Shown piece after piece: positions 10,604 to 21,304 of a stretch of DNA of 64,000 bases (positions are counted from its first letter, which is position 1; the number at the start of each line of letters is the position of its first letter). Below the pieces are notes generated by a model. It worked only from the letters and a program-made list of their open reading frames with translations, was not told the origin of the DNA and searched no databases. Made by a program: the position numbers and the translations under genes. Source of the DNA: Thiohalomonadaceae bacterium (lineage in GTDB: Bacteria > Pseudomonadota > Gammaproteobacteria > Thiohalomonadales > Thiohalomonadaceae); NCBI GenBank assembly GCA_050295975.1, contig JBNKQR010000001.1:17335-81334 (forward strand), given 5' to 3'.

Positions 10604-11308
10604 TTAACACTTTGGTGGGCGGGGTCCGAATAGAGCCGTACCAATGCGAACCATGGTTGCCCCTTCGGCAATCGCCGCTTCCAGGTCGTCTGACATACCC
10701 ATCGACAGGGTGTCGAGTTGCAGTCCCTCAAGGTTGAGTTGTAGCAGTGCCTCGCGCAGTTTACTCAGTGGTAGACGTTGTGCCGCGAAGTCGTCTGCCG
10801 GGGCAGGGATTGCCATCAGGCCACGCAATTTCAGGTGGGGGAGGGTGGCCACCTGGCGAGCGAGTTCAGGTAGCTCAGCGAAACTGACGCCAGACTTGCT
10901 TTGCTCGCCGCTGACGTTGACCTGGAGGCAGATATTGAGTGGTGGCAGCCCCGCTGGGCGCTGCTCGTTGAGGCGTTGGGCCAGCTTGAGCCGGTCCACA
11001 CTGTGTACCCAGGCAAAGTTTTCTGCCACTGGTTTGGTTTTGTTGGACTGCAGTGGTCCGATGAAATGCCACTCCAGCTCAAGGTCCTGCAGCACGGTGA
11101 TTTTTCCCAGCGCCTCCTGTAGATAGTTTTCGCCGAAGCTGTGCTGTCCCAGTGCTGCCAGGGCGCGTAGCTCATCGGCACTTCGGGTCTTGCTTACCGC
11201 AAGCAGGAGTACCTCGTCAGGGCTACGGTCCGACGCGCCGCAGGCGTTTTCGAGGCGTTTCCGTACCGCATTCAGGCGGTCGACGGGAGAAAGGAAGTTG
11301 TCTGTCAT
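10604..11308 (-). CDS. yggS: YggS-family PLP homeostasis protein
   Basis: LLAVSKT (PLP lysine) and HFIGPLQSNK motifs. Confidence 0.9.
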   Translation of the reverse strand: MTDNFLSPVDRLNAVRKRLENACGASDRSPDEVLLLAVSKTRSADELRALAALGQHSFGENYLQEALGKITVLQDLELEWHFIGPLQSNKTKPVAENFAWVHSVDRLKLAQRLNEQRPAGLPPLNICLQVNVSGEQSKSGVSFAELPELARQVATLPHLKLRGLMAIPAPADDFAAQRLPLSKLREALLQLNLEGLQLDTLSMGMSDDLEAAIAEGATMVRIGTALFGPRPPKC

Positions 11309-11379
11309 GGCGGTACGTTATACTTTAGGCCAATAAGTTTGCGAACAATCATAAATAATACTGTGTTGAGGCCATTCTA

Positions 11380-12414
11380 ATGGATATTACCGAATTACTC
11401 GCCTTCGCCGTCAAGAACGGCGCCTCAGACCTGCACCTCTCATCGGGACTACCACCGATGATCCGGGTGGATGGTGACGTGCGCCGTATTAATGTGCCAC
11501 CAATGGCACATAAGGATGTCCACCGGCTGGTGTACGACATCATGAACGACAAGCAGCGCAAGGATTTTGAGGAGTATCTGGAGACGGACTTCTCGTTTGA
11601 AATCAAGGGTCTGGCCCGTTTCCGTGTCAACGCCTTCAACCATAACCGTGGTGCTGGCGCAGTATTCCGTGCCATCCCCAGCAAGATTCTCACTATGGAG
11701 GATCTCAACTGTCCGGCTATCTTCAAAGATATCTCCGATAGCCCACGTGGTCTGGCGCTGGTCACCGGACCGACCGGTTCCGGTAAATCGACCACCCTGG
11801 CGGCGATGATTGATTATGTTAATGAACGCCAGCATGGCCATATTCTGACCCTGGAAGACCCGATCGAATTTGTTCATGAGTCGAAGAAGTGTCTGGTCAA
11901 TCAGCGCGAGATCCACCGTGATACCCTCGGTTTCAACGAGGCACTGCGCTCCGCGCTACGTGAGGACCCGGACGTCATTCTGGTGGGTGAGATGCGTGAT
12001 CTGGAGACTATCCGACTGGCACTGGAGGCGGCGGAAACCGGCCACATGGTATTCGGCACCCTGCACACCAGTTCGGCGGCCAAGACCATTGACCGTATCA
12101 TTGACGTGTTCCCTGCAGCGGAGAAAGATATGGTGCGCTCCATGCTTTCAGAGTCACTACGCGCTGTTATCTGTCAGACCCTGATGAAAAAGGTGGGTGG
12201 TGGCCGAATCGCGGCACACGAAATTATGATTGGTATCCCCGCGATCCGTAACCTGATCCGTGAGAATAAGGTGGCGCAGATGTACTCGGCGATTCAGACA
12301 GGCTCGCAGTACGGCATGCAGACTCTGGACCAGAACCTGAAAATTCTGGTGGAGAAGGGGCTGGTCAGCAAACAGGAAGCGCGCTCCAAGGCCGCTAATA
12401 AAGAAGCACTCTAG
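11380..12414 (+). CDS. pilT: type IV pilus retraction ATPase PilT
   Basis: Walker A GPTGSGKST, AIRNLIRE motif, 344 aa. Confidence 0.95.
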   Translation: MDITELLAFAVKNGASDLHLSSGLPPMIRVDGDVRRINVPPMAHKDVHRLVYDIMNDKQRKDFEEYLETDFSFEIKGLARFRVNAFNHNRGAGAVFRAIPSKILTMEDLNCPAIFKDISDSPRGLALVTGPTGSGKSTTLAAMIDYVNERQHGHILTLEDPIEFVHESKKCLVNQREIHRDTLGFNEALRSALREDPDVILVGEMRDLETIRLALEAAETGHMVFGTLHTSSAAKTIDRIIDVFPAAEKDMVRSMLSESLRAVICQTLMKKVGGGRIAAHEIMIGIPAIRNLIRENKVAQMYSAIQTGSQYGMQTLDQNLKILVEKGLVSKQEARSKAANKEAL

Positions 12415-12434
12415 TTTTCCAACGAGGATAGACC

Positions 12435-13568
12435 ATGGATTTTGATCAACTGCTCAAACTGATGGTGCATAAAAATGCCTCGGACCTCTTTATCACCGCA
12501 GGCGTGCCGCCGAGTATGAAGATCAATGGCCAGATCAACCCGGTTGCCAAGGGTAGCCTGACCCCGGATCAGGCACGACAGATCGTCTACAGCATCATGG
12601 ATGATGAGCAGAAGGCGGACTTCGAGTACTCCCACGAGTGCAACTTTGCTCTCAGTCGTTCCGGTATTGGTCGTTTCCGCGTCAACGTGTTCCAGCAGCG
12701 TAACCAGATAGGTATGGTTCTGCGCAAAATCGAGGTGCATATACCCAGCTTCGAGGATTTGAAGCTGCCAGATACCCTCAAGGAGCTGGCGATGACCCAG
12801 CGCGGAATCCTGCTTTTTGTCGGTGGTACCGGTACTGGTAAATCGACCTCACTTGCATCAATGGTCGATTACCGCAACAACAATAGTCACGGACACATCA
12901 TCACTATTGAGGACCCCATTGAGTATGTTCACCAGCACAAGGGCTGTATCGTCACCCAACGTGAGGTGGGGATCGACACCAACACCTTCGAAGATGCACT
13001 GGTCAACACTCTGCGTCAGGCACCGGATGTGATCCTGATCGGTGAGATCCGTCACCGTGAAACCATGGAGCACGCCATCGCCTTCGCCGAGACCGGTCAC
13101 CTCTGTCTGGCCACACTTCACGCCAACAACTCCAACCAGGCGATGGATCGAATCATCAATTTCTTTCCTGAGGATCGTCGTCCGCAACTGCTGATGGATC
13201 TCTCACTCAACCTCAAGGCGGTGGTTTCGCAACGCCTGATTCCCACTGCTGATGGTCAGAGTCGCCACGTTGCAGTGGAGGTGATGATCAATACACCATT
13301 GATGGCTGATCTGATCCTCAAGGGCGATATCCATGAAATGAAGGACCTGATGAAGAAGTCCGGTGAACTTGGCATGAGGACCTTCGATCAGGCACTCTAC
13401 GAGCTCTACCGCGATGGCATCATTACCGAGGAAGAGGCGCTGCGTAATGCCGACTCGCACAACGAGGTGCGGCTGATGATCAAACTTGAGGAGCAGGAGA
13501 GCGGCGCTGATGAACTGGGTTCCTCACTGCATGGGTTGACGCTGGAGGGTGGGGACGATCCCAGGTAG
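12435..13568 (+). CDS. pilU: PilT-paralogue ATPase PilU
   Basis: Walker A GGTGTGKST. PilT-family core directly downstream of pilT. Confidence 0.92.
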   Translation: MDFDQLLKLMVHKNASDLFITAGVPPSMKINGQINPVAKGSLTPDQARQIVYSIMDDEQKADFEYSHECNFALSRSGIGRFRVNVFQQRNQIGMVLRKIEVHIPSFEDLKLPDTLKELAMTQRGILLFVGGTGTGKSTSLASMVDYRNNNSHGHIITIEDPIEYVHQHKGCIVTQREVGIDTNTFEDALVNTLRQAPDVILIGEIRHRETMEHAIAFAETGHLCLATLHANNSNQAMDRIINFFPEDRRPQLLMDLSLNLKAVVSQRLIPTADGQSRHVAVEVMINTPLMADLILKGDIHEMKDLMKKSGELGMRTFDQALYELYRDGIITEEEALRNADSHNEVRLMIKLEEQESGADELGSSLHGLTLEGGDDPR

Positions 13569-13595
13569 TTAAGATAAGTTTTGATTGAATGACAG

Positions 13596-13624
13596 AAAAA
13601 AGGGGAGCCAAGCTCCCCTTTTTG
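13596..13624. terminator. bidirectional rho-independent terminator
   Basis: AAAAA-GGGGAGC-CAA-GCTCCCC-TTTTT between the convergent pilU and PyrK-like genes. Confidence 0.8.
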
Positions 13625-13639
13625 CATTTGAATGTTCGT

Positions 13640-14512
13640 TTAGAAAACCGTTCGCGCATCGAATACCGGCCCATCGACACAGACCCGTTTCATTGCCGGT
13701 CCCTTATCGGTCTGTACCTCCACCACGCAACCGGCACAACCACCCACACCGCAGGCCATGAACTCTTCCAGTGAAACCTGACAGGGCAGGTGGTACTCCG
13801 CTGCCAGTTTGGCCACCGCCTCCAGCATCGGGTGAGGTCCGCAGCTGAATACCTCTACCTCTTTACGCTGTTCCTCACTCAAGGCATCGAGCCAGTGTCG
13901 AGCTAGATCGGTAACGTAACCCTCGAAGCTACCTGGGTAGCCTTGCAGGCTCGCAAGACGTGAGGCGACCCCCCAATCCTCTAAGAGTGGCATTGACGCG
14001 ATGGCTTCGTTCGGTACACCGGGAACCATGATCTTCGACGGTGCGGCCTTGAACGGAAATGGGACTTCGGAGCCGAGGATGACCAGTGGAGAGTAGGCGC
14101 CGCTGATCTCGCGCAGGCGGTCAGCGAGAAACACCATTGGGGGCATGCCGACCCCACCGCCAATGAGTAGCGGACGAGAATGTTTCATGTGTGGTTTGAA
14201 TGGGGTACCGATGGGACCGATGAGATCAACTTTTTCCCCGACAGCTCTTTTGGTCAGCAACGCCGTCCCTTCGCCAAATACCTTGTAGAGCAGGTCGATG
14301 GTGCCGTTCTTTGTATCGGCGCGCATGATCGAAATAGGGCGGCGTAACGGTCGCTGTGCATTGACCTGCAGGTGAACAAAACTTCCCGGTTCGGCCATCT
14401 CTGCTACCTGAGGTGCATGCAGACGCAGGAAGTGCTGTGCGCCATCGTAGTGGTCGTGTTGCAGGATCTCCGCCTGTTCGACAAAGAGGGTATCGCGATG
14501 GGGTTTATTCAT
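13640..14512 (-). CDS. PyrK-like FAD/[2Fe-2S] electron-transfer flavoprotein (annotated family: dihydroorotate dehydrogenase B electron-transfer subunit)
   Basis: Ferredoxin-reductase fold (RPISI motif). C-terminal cluster motif CGVGGCAGC...RVCVDGPVF. Confidence 0.75.
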   Translation of the reverse strand: MNKPHRDTLFVEQAEILQHDHYDGAQHFLRLHAPQVAEMAEPGSFVHLQVNAQRPLRRPISIMRADTKNGTIDLLYKVFGEGTALLTKRAVGEKVDLIGPIGTPFKPHMKHSRPLLIGGGVGMPPMVFLADRLREISGAYSPLVILGSEVPFPFKAAPSKIMVPGVPNEAIASMPLLEDWGVASRLASLQGYPGSFEGYVTDLARHWLDALSEEQRKEVEVFSCGPHPMLEAVAKLAAEYHLPCQVSLEEFMACGVGGCAGCVVEVQTDKGPAMKRVCVDGPVFDARTVF

Positions 14513-14540
14513 TTCGTTTCTATGTGTCTGTGTTGAACGG

Positions 14541-15845
14541 TTAATCAGCGGAATAGACGGTGTGGCCGCCGAGCAGGGTACGGACTACTTGGCCCTTCAT
14601 CTCCCAGCCGAGGAACGGGGTGTTCTTACCCGCCGAGCGGAGTGTCTCTTCACTAACCGTCCAGTGGTGATTAGGGTCGAAGATGCAGATATCGGCGATA
14701 GCCCCCTGAGCCAATTGCCCACTCTGGATCCCAAGGATACGTGCCGGTTCGCTGGTAAGGTGGGCGATGGCGTCAGTCAGGCTCAGCACCTCCTCGTCTA
14801 CCAGTCGCAAGGTCAGCGGTAGCAGGGTTTCCAGTGCGCTGATCCCCGGTTCAGTGGCTCCGAAGGGGGCCAGTTTGGCATCCCGGTCATGGGGCTGGTG
14901 GTCCGAGCAGATGGCACTGACCACCCCGTCACGCAGGGCACTGCGCAGGCTGTCCCGATCCCGCTGGCTACGCAGCGGTGGGCGAACATGGCAGAGGCTG
15001 TTGAAGTCGCTCACATCGATTTCCGTGAGGTAGAGTTGGTGGGCGCTCACATCGGCGCTTACCGCCAGCCCTTTTGCGCGTGCCTCGGCAATCATCTCTA
15101 CCGCGCGGGCGGTGGATAGCTGGCCAAAGTGGGCGCGAACCCCGGTCTGTTCGATGAGCATCAGGTCGCGGCCGACGGCGATTACCTCGGCACATTCAGG
15201 GATGCCGGGCAGGCCAAGGCGAGTGCTCACCGGACCTTCGTGGACACAGCCGTCTGCGCCAAGCCAGGGGTCTTCGGCGTTGATGAAGATGGTCAGGCCG
15301 AGGGTGGCGGCATACTCCATGGCGCGACGCTGTACCCGGGTGGAGACGATACCGTGACGGGCGTTGCTCATCACCACACAACCGGCGTTTTGTAGCGCCT
15401 GCATTGAGGCCAGATGCTCTCCCGCCAGGCCCTGGGTCAGGGCGCCGATGGGTAGTACGTTGGCCTTGCCTGCGGCAGTGGCACGATGAGTGATCTGCTC
15501 CGCTACAGCCGGGTTATCGATCACCGGCTTGGTGTCTGGTGGGCAGCACAGAGTGGTGATACCTCCCGCAGCGGCGGCGGCAGTTTCACTGGCAATGGTG
15601 CCCTTGTGCTTCTCCCCCGGCTCGCGCAGGCGCGCCTGTAAATCAATGAGTCCAGGACAAACAATCAGCCCCTTTGCATCGATGACCTCGTCATCGGCGA
15701 ATCCTTTGGGCTTTTTCCCGATGGCGGCGATGCAGCCATCGTCAATGTAGAGGTTGGTCGTCTCGTCCAGTTGGTTGGCCGGGTCGATGAGTCGTCCGCC
15801 GCGGATCACAATGCCCATCTTATTGGCCCTCCCCAGCGGCTTCAT
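14541..15845 (-). CDS. pyrC: dihydroorotase-like protein, probably the non-catalytic PyrC' type
   Basis: Amidohydrolase fold downstream of pyrB. The HxH metal motif position reads [10 protein letters not shown] and other His positions are lost, but SDHQPH is retained. An alternative start at 15818 avoids the overlap with pyrB. Confidence 0.85.
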   Translation of the reverse strand: MKPLGRANKMGIVIRGGRLIDPANQLDETTNLYIDDGCIAAIGKKPKGFADDEVIDAKGLIVCPGLIDLQARLREPGEKHKGTIASETAAAAAGGITTLCCPPDTKPVIDNPAVAEQITHRATAAGKANVLPIGALTQGLAGEHLASMQALQNAGCVVMSNARHGIVSTRVQRRAMEYAATLGLTIFINAEDPWLGADGCVHEGPVSTRLGLPGIPECAEVIAVGRDLMLIEQTGVRAHFGQLSTARAVEMIAEARAKGLAVSADVSAHQLYLTEIDVSDFNSLCHVRPPLRSQRDRDSLRSALRDGVVSAICSDHQPHDRDAKLAPFGATEPGISALETLLPLTLRLVDEEVLSLTDAIAHLTSEPARILGIQSGQLAQGAIADICIFDPNHHWTVSEETLRSAGKNTPFLGWEMKGQVVRTLLGGHTVYSAD

Positions 15846-16800
15846 TCTCCCGTGACCTGCCCAGCACCATGCTCATGACTGCCATTCGTATTGCCAGGCC
15901 ATTGCTTACCTGTTCAAGGATGACAGATTGCGGTCCATCGGCCACGCTGGAGGCGATCTCCACCCCACGGTTGATCGGACCGGGATGCATGACGATGGCA
16001 TCCGGTGCAGCCAGTGCCAGCTTCTCCTCGGTCAGACCGTAGCGCTGGAAGTATTCGTTCTCGCTGGGCAGCAGTGCACCCTGCATCCGTTCCTTTTGCA
16101 GGCGCAGCATGATGACCACATCTACCCCGGCCAGCCCCTGTTCCATATCGTGGAAGATATGCGCCCCAATGTTGCCGAGGGCGGTCGGGATCAGAGTCTT
16201 GGGGCCGACCACCCGCAGCTCACCGACACCCAGTGTGTTGAGGGCGTGGATCTCGGAGCGGGCCACCCGCGAATGGAGAATGTCGCCGACGATGGCAACC
16301 TTAAGCTTGTGAAATTCACCCTTATGTCGGCGAATGGTGAACATGTCGAGCATCGCCTGGGTGGGATGGGCATGGCGACCGTCACCAGCATTAATCACGC
16401 TGACGTGGGGCGCGACGTGTTTGGCGATGAAGTGTGCCGCACCGCTTTCATTGTGGCGTACCACAAACATGTCGCAGTGCATCGCCTCCAGGTTGTGGAG
16501 CATGTCGAGCAGACTCTCACCCTTGCTGGTGGCTGAGGTGGCGATGTTAATGCTCTGCACATCGGCGGAGAGGCGGCTGGCTGCCAGTTCGAAGGTGGTG
16601 CGAGTACGGGTGCTGGTCTCGAAGAAGAGGTTAATGATGGTCTTGCCGCGTAGCAGCGGGACCTTTTTGACGCTCTTACCGCCAACGGTAGCGAAGGATT
16701 CTGCGAGGTCGAGAATGTCGATTAAATGATTTTTTTTCAGCCCCTCAATGGTGAGGAAGTGTTTAAGCTTGCCGTTGCTGTCCAGTTGCGGGTTAGTCAT
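15820..16800 (-). CDS. pyrB: aspartate carbamoyltransferase catalytic subunit
   Basis: STRTR and HPTQ motifs, and the HPGP..RG motif ([11 protein letters not shown]). Confidence 0.95.
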   Translation of the reverse strand: MTNPQLDSNGKLKHFLTIEGLKKNHLIDILDLAESFATVGGKSVKKVPLLRGKTIINLFFETSTRTRTTFELAASRLSADVQSINIATSATSKGESLLDMLHNLEAMHCDMFVVRHNESGAAHFIAKHVAPHVSVINAGDGRHAHPTQAMLDMFTIRRHKGEFHKLKVAIVGDILHSRVARSEIHALNTLGVGELRVVGPKTLIPTALGNIGAHIFHDMEQGLAGVDVVIMLRLQKERMQGALLPSENEYFQRYGLTEEKLALAAPDAIVMHPGPINRGVEIASSVADGPQSVILEQVSNGLAIRMAVMSMVLGRSRENEAAGEGQ

Positions 16801-17308
16801 GGCCTTCCTGTAGGCTGAGGCTCAGGGGTTCGGGTCCGGTAAGTTTAATCTGTTCCTGCGGACCAAGCGAGAGCTGAATACCACTGACATCGGGTTGAAT
16901 CGGCAGTTCCCGACCGCTGCGCTCTACCAGTGTTGCAAGGATGACCCGTGCCGGGCGGCCGTAATCGAAAATTTCGTTGAGGGCGGCGCGGATAGTGCGC
17001 CCGCTTTGTAGCACGTCATCCACCAGAATGATGGTGCGGTCTTCCACCTCAAAGGGGAGATGAGACGGGGTCACCTGGGGGTGCATACCGATACGCGAAA
17101 AGTCATCGCGGTAGAAACTGATGTTGAGGCTGCCCAATGGTTCTTTGATACCGAGGCGTTGGTGCAGAGCTTCGGCAACCCAGGCACCACCGGTGTGGAT
17201 ACCGATCATGCAGGGCTCTGTGATCCCGTCCTGCCTGAGGAGGGTGTTGAGCTTCGCTGCCATCTCATCGATGAGTGCGTCGATGTCGGTGGGTATGTTG
17301 TGACTCAT
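16793..17308 (-). CDS. pyrR: PyrR bifunctional regulator / uracil phosphoribosyltransferase
   Basis: PRT motif [13 protein letters not shown], 171 aa, overlaps the pyrB start. Confidence 0.9.
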   Translation of the reverse strand: MSHNIPTDIDALIDEMAAKLNTLLRQDGITEPCMIGIHTGGAWVAEALHQRLGIKEPLGSLNISFYRDDFSRIGMHPQVTPSHLPFEVEDRTIILVDDVLQSGRTIRAALNEIFDYGRPARVILATLVERSGRELPIQPDVSGIQLSLGPQEQIKLTGPEPLSLSLQEGHD

Positions 17309-17730
17309 GGTTTTTTGTCCGCCTGCTGCGCCAACCAGCTTTCCAGGATGATTTGCGCCGCCAGTTTATCCACCTCTTCCTTGTCGAATCTACCCTTCTC
17401 GCTGAGGATGCGTTCCGCTTCTACAGAACTGAGTCGTTCGTCGATGGTAAATACGGGCAGATTGTACCTGCCTGTCAGGCGATTACCAAAACGGCGTGCC
17501 AGACGTGTGGTCTCGTGTTCACTGCCATCGGCGTTAAGAGGGAGGCCGAGTACCAGTGCATCGGGCTGCCACTCCTTGATCAGCCTGCTGATACTCTCCC
17601 AGTCCGGTCCGCCATCACGGCTGTTCAGGGTTTCCAATGCGTTGGCCGTACTGGTTAGTTCCTGGCCGACAGCAACCCCAATACGTTTGCTGCCGAAGTC
17701 GAAGCCGAGCAGGACTCTAGCTTTACTCAC
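17305..17730 (-). CDS. ruvX: Holliday junction resolvase-like / pre-16S processing nuclease RuvX (YqgF)
   Basis: [15 protein letters not shown] motif. Trimmed to GTG 17730, which forms a GTGA overlap with the yqgE stop. Confidence 0.88.
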   Translation of the reverse strand: MSKARVLLGFDFGSKRIGVAVGQELTSTANALETLNSRDGGPDWESISRLIKEWQPDALVLGLPLNADGSEHETTRLARRFGNRLTGRYNLPVFTIDERLSSVEAERILSEKGRFDKEEVDKLAAQIILESWLAQQADKKP

Positions 17731-18290
17731 GCGTGCCCGACGTCGCTGGAAAGCAGGTTGAGATCCACCCCCAGCAGCTTGGCCGCCGCTTCCCAACGCT
17801 GTTCTAGCGGCAGTTCAAAGAGGATGTGCTGATCCGCAGGCCCACTGAGCCAGGCATTTTGCGCCATCTCCTCCTCCAACTGGCCAGCTTCCCAACCGGC
17901 ATAACCGAGGGCGATGAGATGGTGAGCAGGTCCTTCGTTGTGACCGATGGCAGAGAGGATATCGCGGGAGGTGGTGACGGCGAGGTCGTCGCTAATCTGC
18001 AGACTCGACTCCCAGGCACCAACCGGGGCGTGAATAACGAAGCCGTGACCGGGTTGTACCGGACCACCATCGTTGACTGTAACCGAGGTGTCGAGGGTGT
18101 TGCTTGGCTCGATCTCCATCTGTTCCAGCACTTCCGCCAGGGTAACATCCAGGGGGCGGTTGATAACGATGCCCATAGCACCCTCTTCGTTGTGCTCGCA
18201 GATGTAGGTGACGGTATGACTGAAGTTGGGATCGGCCAGTGCAGGCATGGCGATCAGAAAGTGGTTACGCAGGCTGGTGCTTTCGCTCAT
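17727..18290 (-). CDS. yqgE: YqgE/AlgH-family protein
   Basis: Trimmed to ATG 18290 (MSESTSLRNHFLIAMPAL...DPNF), the family's N-terminal signature. Confidence 0.88.
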   Translation of the reverse strand: MSESTSLRNHFLIAMPALADPNFSHTVTYICEHNEEGAMGIVINRPLDVTLAEVLEQMEIEPSNTLDTSVTVNDGGPVQPGHGFVIHAPVGAWESSLQISDDLAVTTSRDILSAIGHNEGPAHHLIALGYAGWEAGQLEEEMAQNAWLSGPADQHILFELPLEQRWEAAAKLLGVDLNLLSSDVGHA

Positions 18291-18347
18291 GTGTTGCAGT
18301 ATGGGCAGGCTCCTCGCCAGTGGCAAGTATGGATATCAGGGCCGGGG

Positions 18348-19238
18348 TTAATTGCGACTCTGTTGGAAATTGTCATTCTGAAATTGCCAGACGCGGACAA
18401 TGCGCAGCACATCGGTCTCCTTACGCATCTCCGGTGGGAATTCGCTGAATGGTGAGGCCATTTTAACGATGCGGATCGCGCCGTCGTCGAGCACCCCGTG
18501 ACCGGAAGATTCAAGCACTTCGATTTTTTGCACGCTGCCATTGGCCTTCAGCTCGACGCTGAGGGTGAGGTGCCCACTGAGGCGACGTTGCTTGGCCTCG
18601 TCGGGATAGTTGAGGTTACCGATGCGCTCCACTTTCTGGCGCCAGGCATCCATGTAGGCAGCGTAGCGATACTCTTTGGTTGCCGCGGTGAGGGTTTTGA
18701 CCCGTTTGCGTTGGGCATAGGTCTGCTTGCGCTGTTCGATGTTGGCACTAATGCGGGCGATGGCGCGGCTGTGCATCAGCAGGTCTGCCTCTACCGGTGT
18801 ATCAGGGACCTCTTGCTGCGGTGAATCCTTTGGCTGCGGCAGTTTGTCGCGGCTCTCCATGTCGGTGGTCATCACCGTGGTGTCATTCAGCTCCGGTTGC
18901 GCATCAGGAGCGGCCAGGGGGATGCTCTGCTGGGCATCGCCGCGTTCGTTGTTGGGGCGTGGATTAAAAGCAGGGCTGGAGGGCAGCAATTTCTCATCCA
19001 CATTGCCGCCACCGGCCTGATTGGCCTGAGCCAGATAGTCAGCGTCGTCCGGTTTTTCCTTGTCGCTGCTGTGTACCAGAGTGATCTCTAGCGACAGGGG
19101 AATATCCTTTGCTCTGAACTTCTCCAGGTCGAAAGTAACGCCGAGAATAATCAGGGCGTGCAACGCTGCAGCGAAGAAGAGGGTCAGACCGAGACGGTCT
19201 GAGGCGGATATCTGATGTGGAAGCACGCTGCCGGACAC
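18348..19238 (-). CDS. TonB-family energy transducer
   Basis: N-terminal TM anchor, Pro/acidic-rich linker and C-terminal TonB domain (YPDEAKQRRLSGHLTLSVELKANG). Confidence 0.75.
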   Translation of the reverse strand: MSGSVLPHQISASDRLGLTLFFAAALHALIILGVTFDLEKFRAKDIPLSLEITLVHSSDKEKPDDADYLAQANQAGGGNVDEKLLPSSPAFNPRPNNERGDAQQSIPLAAPDAQPELNDTTVMTTDMESRDKLPQPKDSPQQEVPDTPVEADLLMHSRAIARISANIEQRKQTYAQRKRVKTLTAATKEYRYAAYMDAWRQKVERIGNLNYPDEAKQRRLSGHLTLSVELKANGSVQKIEVLESSGHGVLDDGAIRIVKMASPFSEFPPEMRKETDVLRIVRVWQFQNDNFQQSRN

Positions 19239-19289
19239 TGTTGCTGTTTATTCCTTAGTGAAATGTGTGGCGATTATAACGGGGTTGTA

Positions 19290-20252
19290 TTAGGGCTGCA
19301 CGTTACTAAGTCGACGTTTCAGAGCGTCGCTGACAATGACCTGACCGTCATCGGTAATCGCCAGCACATACTTAATCGGTATGACCCGCAAAAGTGTCGC
19401 AAGTTTCTCCTTTCCACCGCATAACAGCGCCTGGGCAAACGCTGCACCATCCGCAGCATTATGATGTAACACGCTGACACTGCGCAGACCGCTGGAGGGA
19501 TAACCGCTGTATGGATCGAGGAAGGGATGAAAATTCTTTCCCTCGACCGCGAAGGCGCGTTCGTCACGCACCAGGGTGACCAGTGCTTCGTCTTTCTGGA
19601 GTTGCAATGTGTGGCCATTCGCCAGTTGGACTGTCCAATCTGTACCGACCACGGCGACAATGTTGCCATTGCTCAGGCGGGCACGTGGAATTCCCGCATC
19701 ACGCAGTCGTTGCCGGGCAACGTCAAGACCGTATCCCTGTGCCATCGCACCGAAATCGATGCGGATAGCCGGATTGCTGTTGTCGATGCTGATGCCGCTA
19801 ACCCGTACATTCTCCATTATGGGGTTGGCGGCGAGCAGAGCCTGGATATCTGCTGCTGCGGGCACTGGACCCTCAGGCATCTCACTGTGAAATCCCCAGA
19901 GCTGTTGCAATCCGCCAAGGGCCGGGGCGTAGTAGCCATTGCTCTGTTGCTCCAGCCGAGTGGCTGCTGCGATGAGTGGCAGAACTGAAGGATTGGCGGA
20001 GAACGTTGCCATCATTTTGAGGAGCTGGTTGGTGCGCCCAAGTGCACCGGGTCCCCAGGGATGTGCTGCGCTAGAGATATAGTGAAGATCAGCAAAGATC
20101 TCCTCGCTTATCGCCTGGGCCTGTGAGGTGGGTGCGTTCTGGATATCTAGCAGCAGCGGTTTGCCGAAGGCGGTGGTGCTGCTATTGAAGGGCTTGTCGT
20201 CGCTGCATGCCAACAGTGATAGCAATATGAGAGGAAGTAATATCCTATGCAT
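19290..20252 (-). CDS. apbE: FAD:protein FMN transferase (ApbE family) lipoprotein
   Basis: Lipobox LLACS. ApbE-like core (GAMAQGYGLD). Confidence 0.8.
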   Translation of the reverse strand: MHRILLPLILLSLLACSDDKPFNSSTTAFGKPLLLDIQNAPTSQAQAISEEIFADLHYISSAAHPWGPGALGRTNQLLKMMATFSANPSVLPLIAAATRLEQQSNGYYAPALGGLQQLWGFHSEMPEGPVPAAADIQALLAANPIMENVRVSGISIDNSNPAIRIDFGAMAQGYGLDVARQRLRDAGIPRARLSNGNIVAVVGTDWTVQLANGHTLQLQKDEALVTLVRDERAFAVEGKNFHPFLDPYSGYPSSGLRSVSVLHHNAADGAAFAQALLCGGKEKLATLLRVIPIKYVLAITDDGQVIVSDALKRRLSNVQP

Positions 20253-21201
20253 GATTGTTTATTCTCTTATCTATGGCGTCCATCAGTTGACCACCAATGT
20301 CGAGGCCGTACTGCTTGTCCAGTTCGCGGATGCAGGTTGGGCTGGTGACGTTTATCTCGGTGAGGTAGTCACCGATCACGTCGAGACCGACAAAGAGTAA
20401 CCCCATCTGGCGCAGCGTGTCGGCCACCTGATCACAGATCCAGTAGTCCCGTTCGGTTAGTTCTACCCCTACTCCTGTACCCCCGGCAGCCAGGTTGCCG
20501 CGCAATTCACCTTCGGCGGGGATGCGTGCCAGGGCGTAGGGTACCGGCTCTCCATCAATTAACAGAATGCGTTTATCACCGGCGCTGATCTCCGGAATGA
20601 AGCGTTGTGCCATGGCAAAGTGCGCCCCATTCTCGGTGAGGGTTTCGATGATCACGCTGGTGTTGGGATCCCCCGGTGCGGCTTTGAAAATAGAGGCACC
20701 GCCCATCCCCTCCAGCGGTTTAAGGATGGTTTCTCCCTGTTGCTGGATGAACTCGCGTATCTGGGCGGCATCACGTGAAATCAGGGTGGGTGAGGTGCAC
20801 TGGGGGAAGCGTGCGGTGAAGACCTTTTCGTTGGCATCCCGCAGACTTTGAGGTCGGTTCACCACCAGGGTACCTGCTCGTTCAGCCTGCTCCAGAATAT
20901 AGGTGGTGTAGATGTACTCCATATCGAACGGCGGGTCCTTGCGCATCAGAATTACTTCCAACTCATGGAGTGGCTGGGAGATACCCTCTCCCAGTTCGTA
21001 CCAGTGGTGCTCGTTCTCGAAAACCTGCAATGGGCGCATTCTGGCGCAAGCCAAGCCCTGTTCCAGGTAGAGATCACTCTGTTCCATGTAGAAAAGTGTC
21101 CAGCCCCTCCGGGAGGCAGCCAGCAACATGGCAAGAGTGCTGTCCTTGTGGTATTTAATCGACCCGATTGGGTCCATAATCACGCCGAGTTTCATAGTCA
21201 T
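20245..21201 (-). CDS. gshB: glutathione synthetase
   Basis: Trimmed to MTMKLGVIMDPIGSIKYHKDST, with an alternative ATG at 21195. ATP-grasp C-terminus. Confidence 0.92.
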   Translation of the reverse strand: MTMKLGVIMDPIGSIKYHKDSTLAMLLAASRRGWTLFYMEQSDLYLEQGLACARMRPLQVFENEHHWYELGEGISQPLHELEVILMRKDPPFDMEYIYTTYILEQAERAGTLVVNRPQSLRDANEKVFTARFPQCTSPTLISRDAAQIREFIQQQGETILKPLEGMGGASIFKAAPGDPNTSVIIETLTENGAHFAMAQRFIPEISAGDKRILLIDGEPVPYALARIPAEGELRGNLAAGGTGVGVELTERDYWICDQVADTLRQMGLLFVGLDVIGDYLTEINVTSPTCIRELDKQYGLDIGGQLMDAIDKRINNHA

Positions 21202-21304
21202 GGATCGTCCAGAATAGTGTGATACGGTTCTCAAATGCTGTGCTTGGCCGCCAACTGCGGTACTCTAGCAGAAAATGATTGTGGTCATTGTGGATTGAGC
21301 TCGA

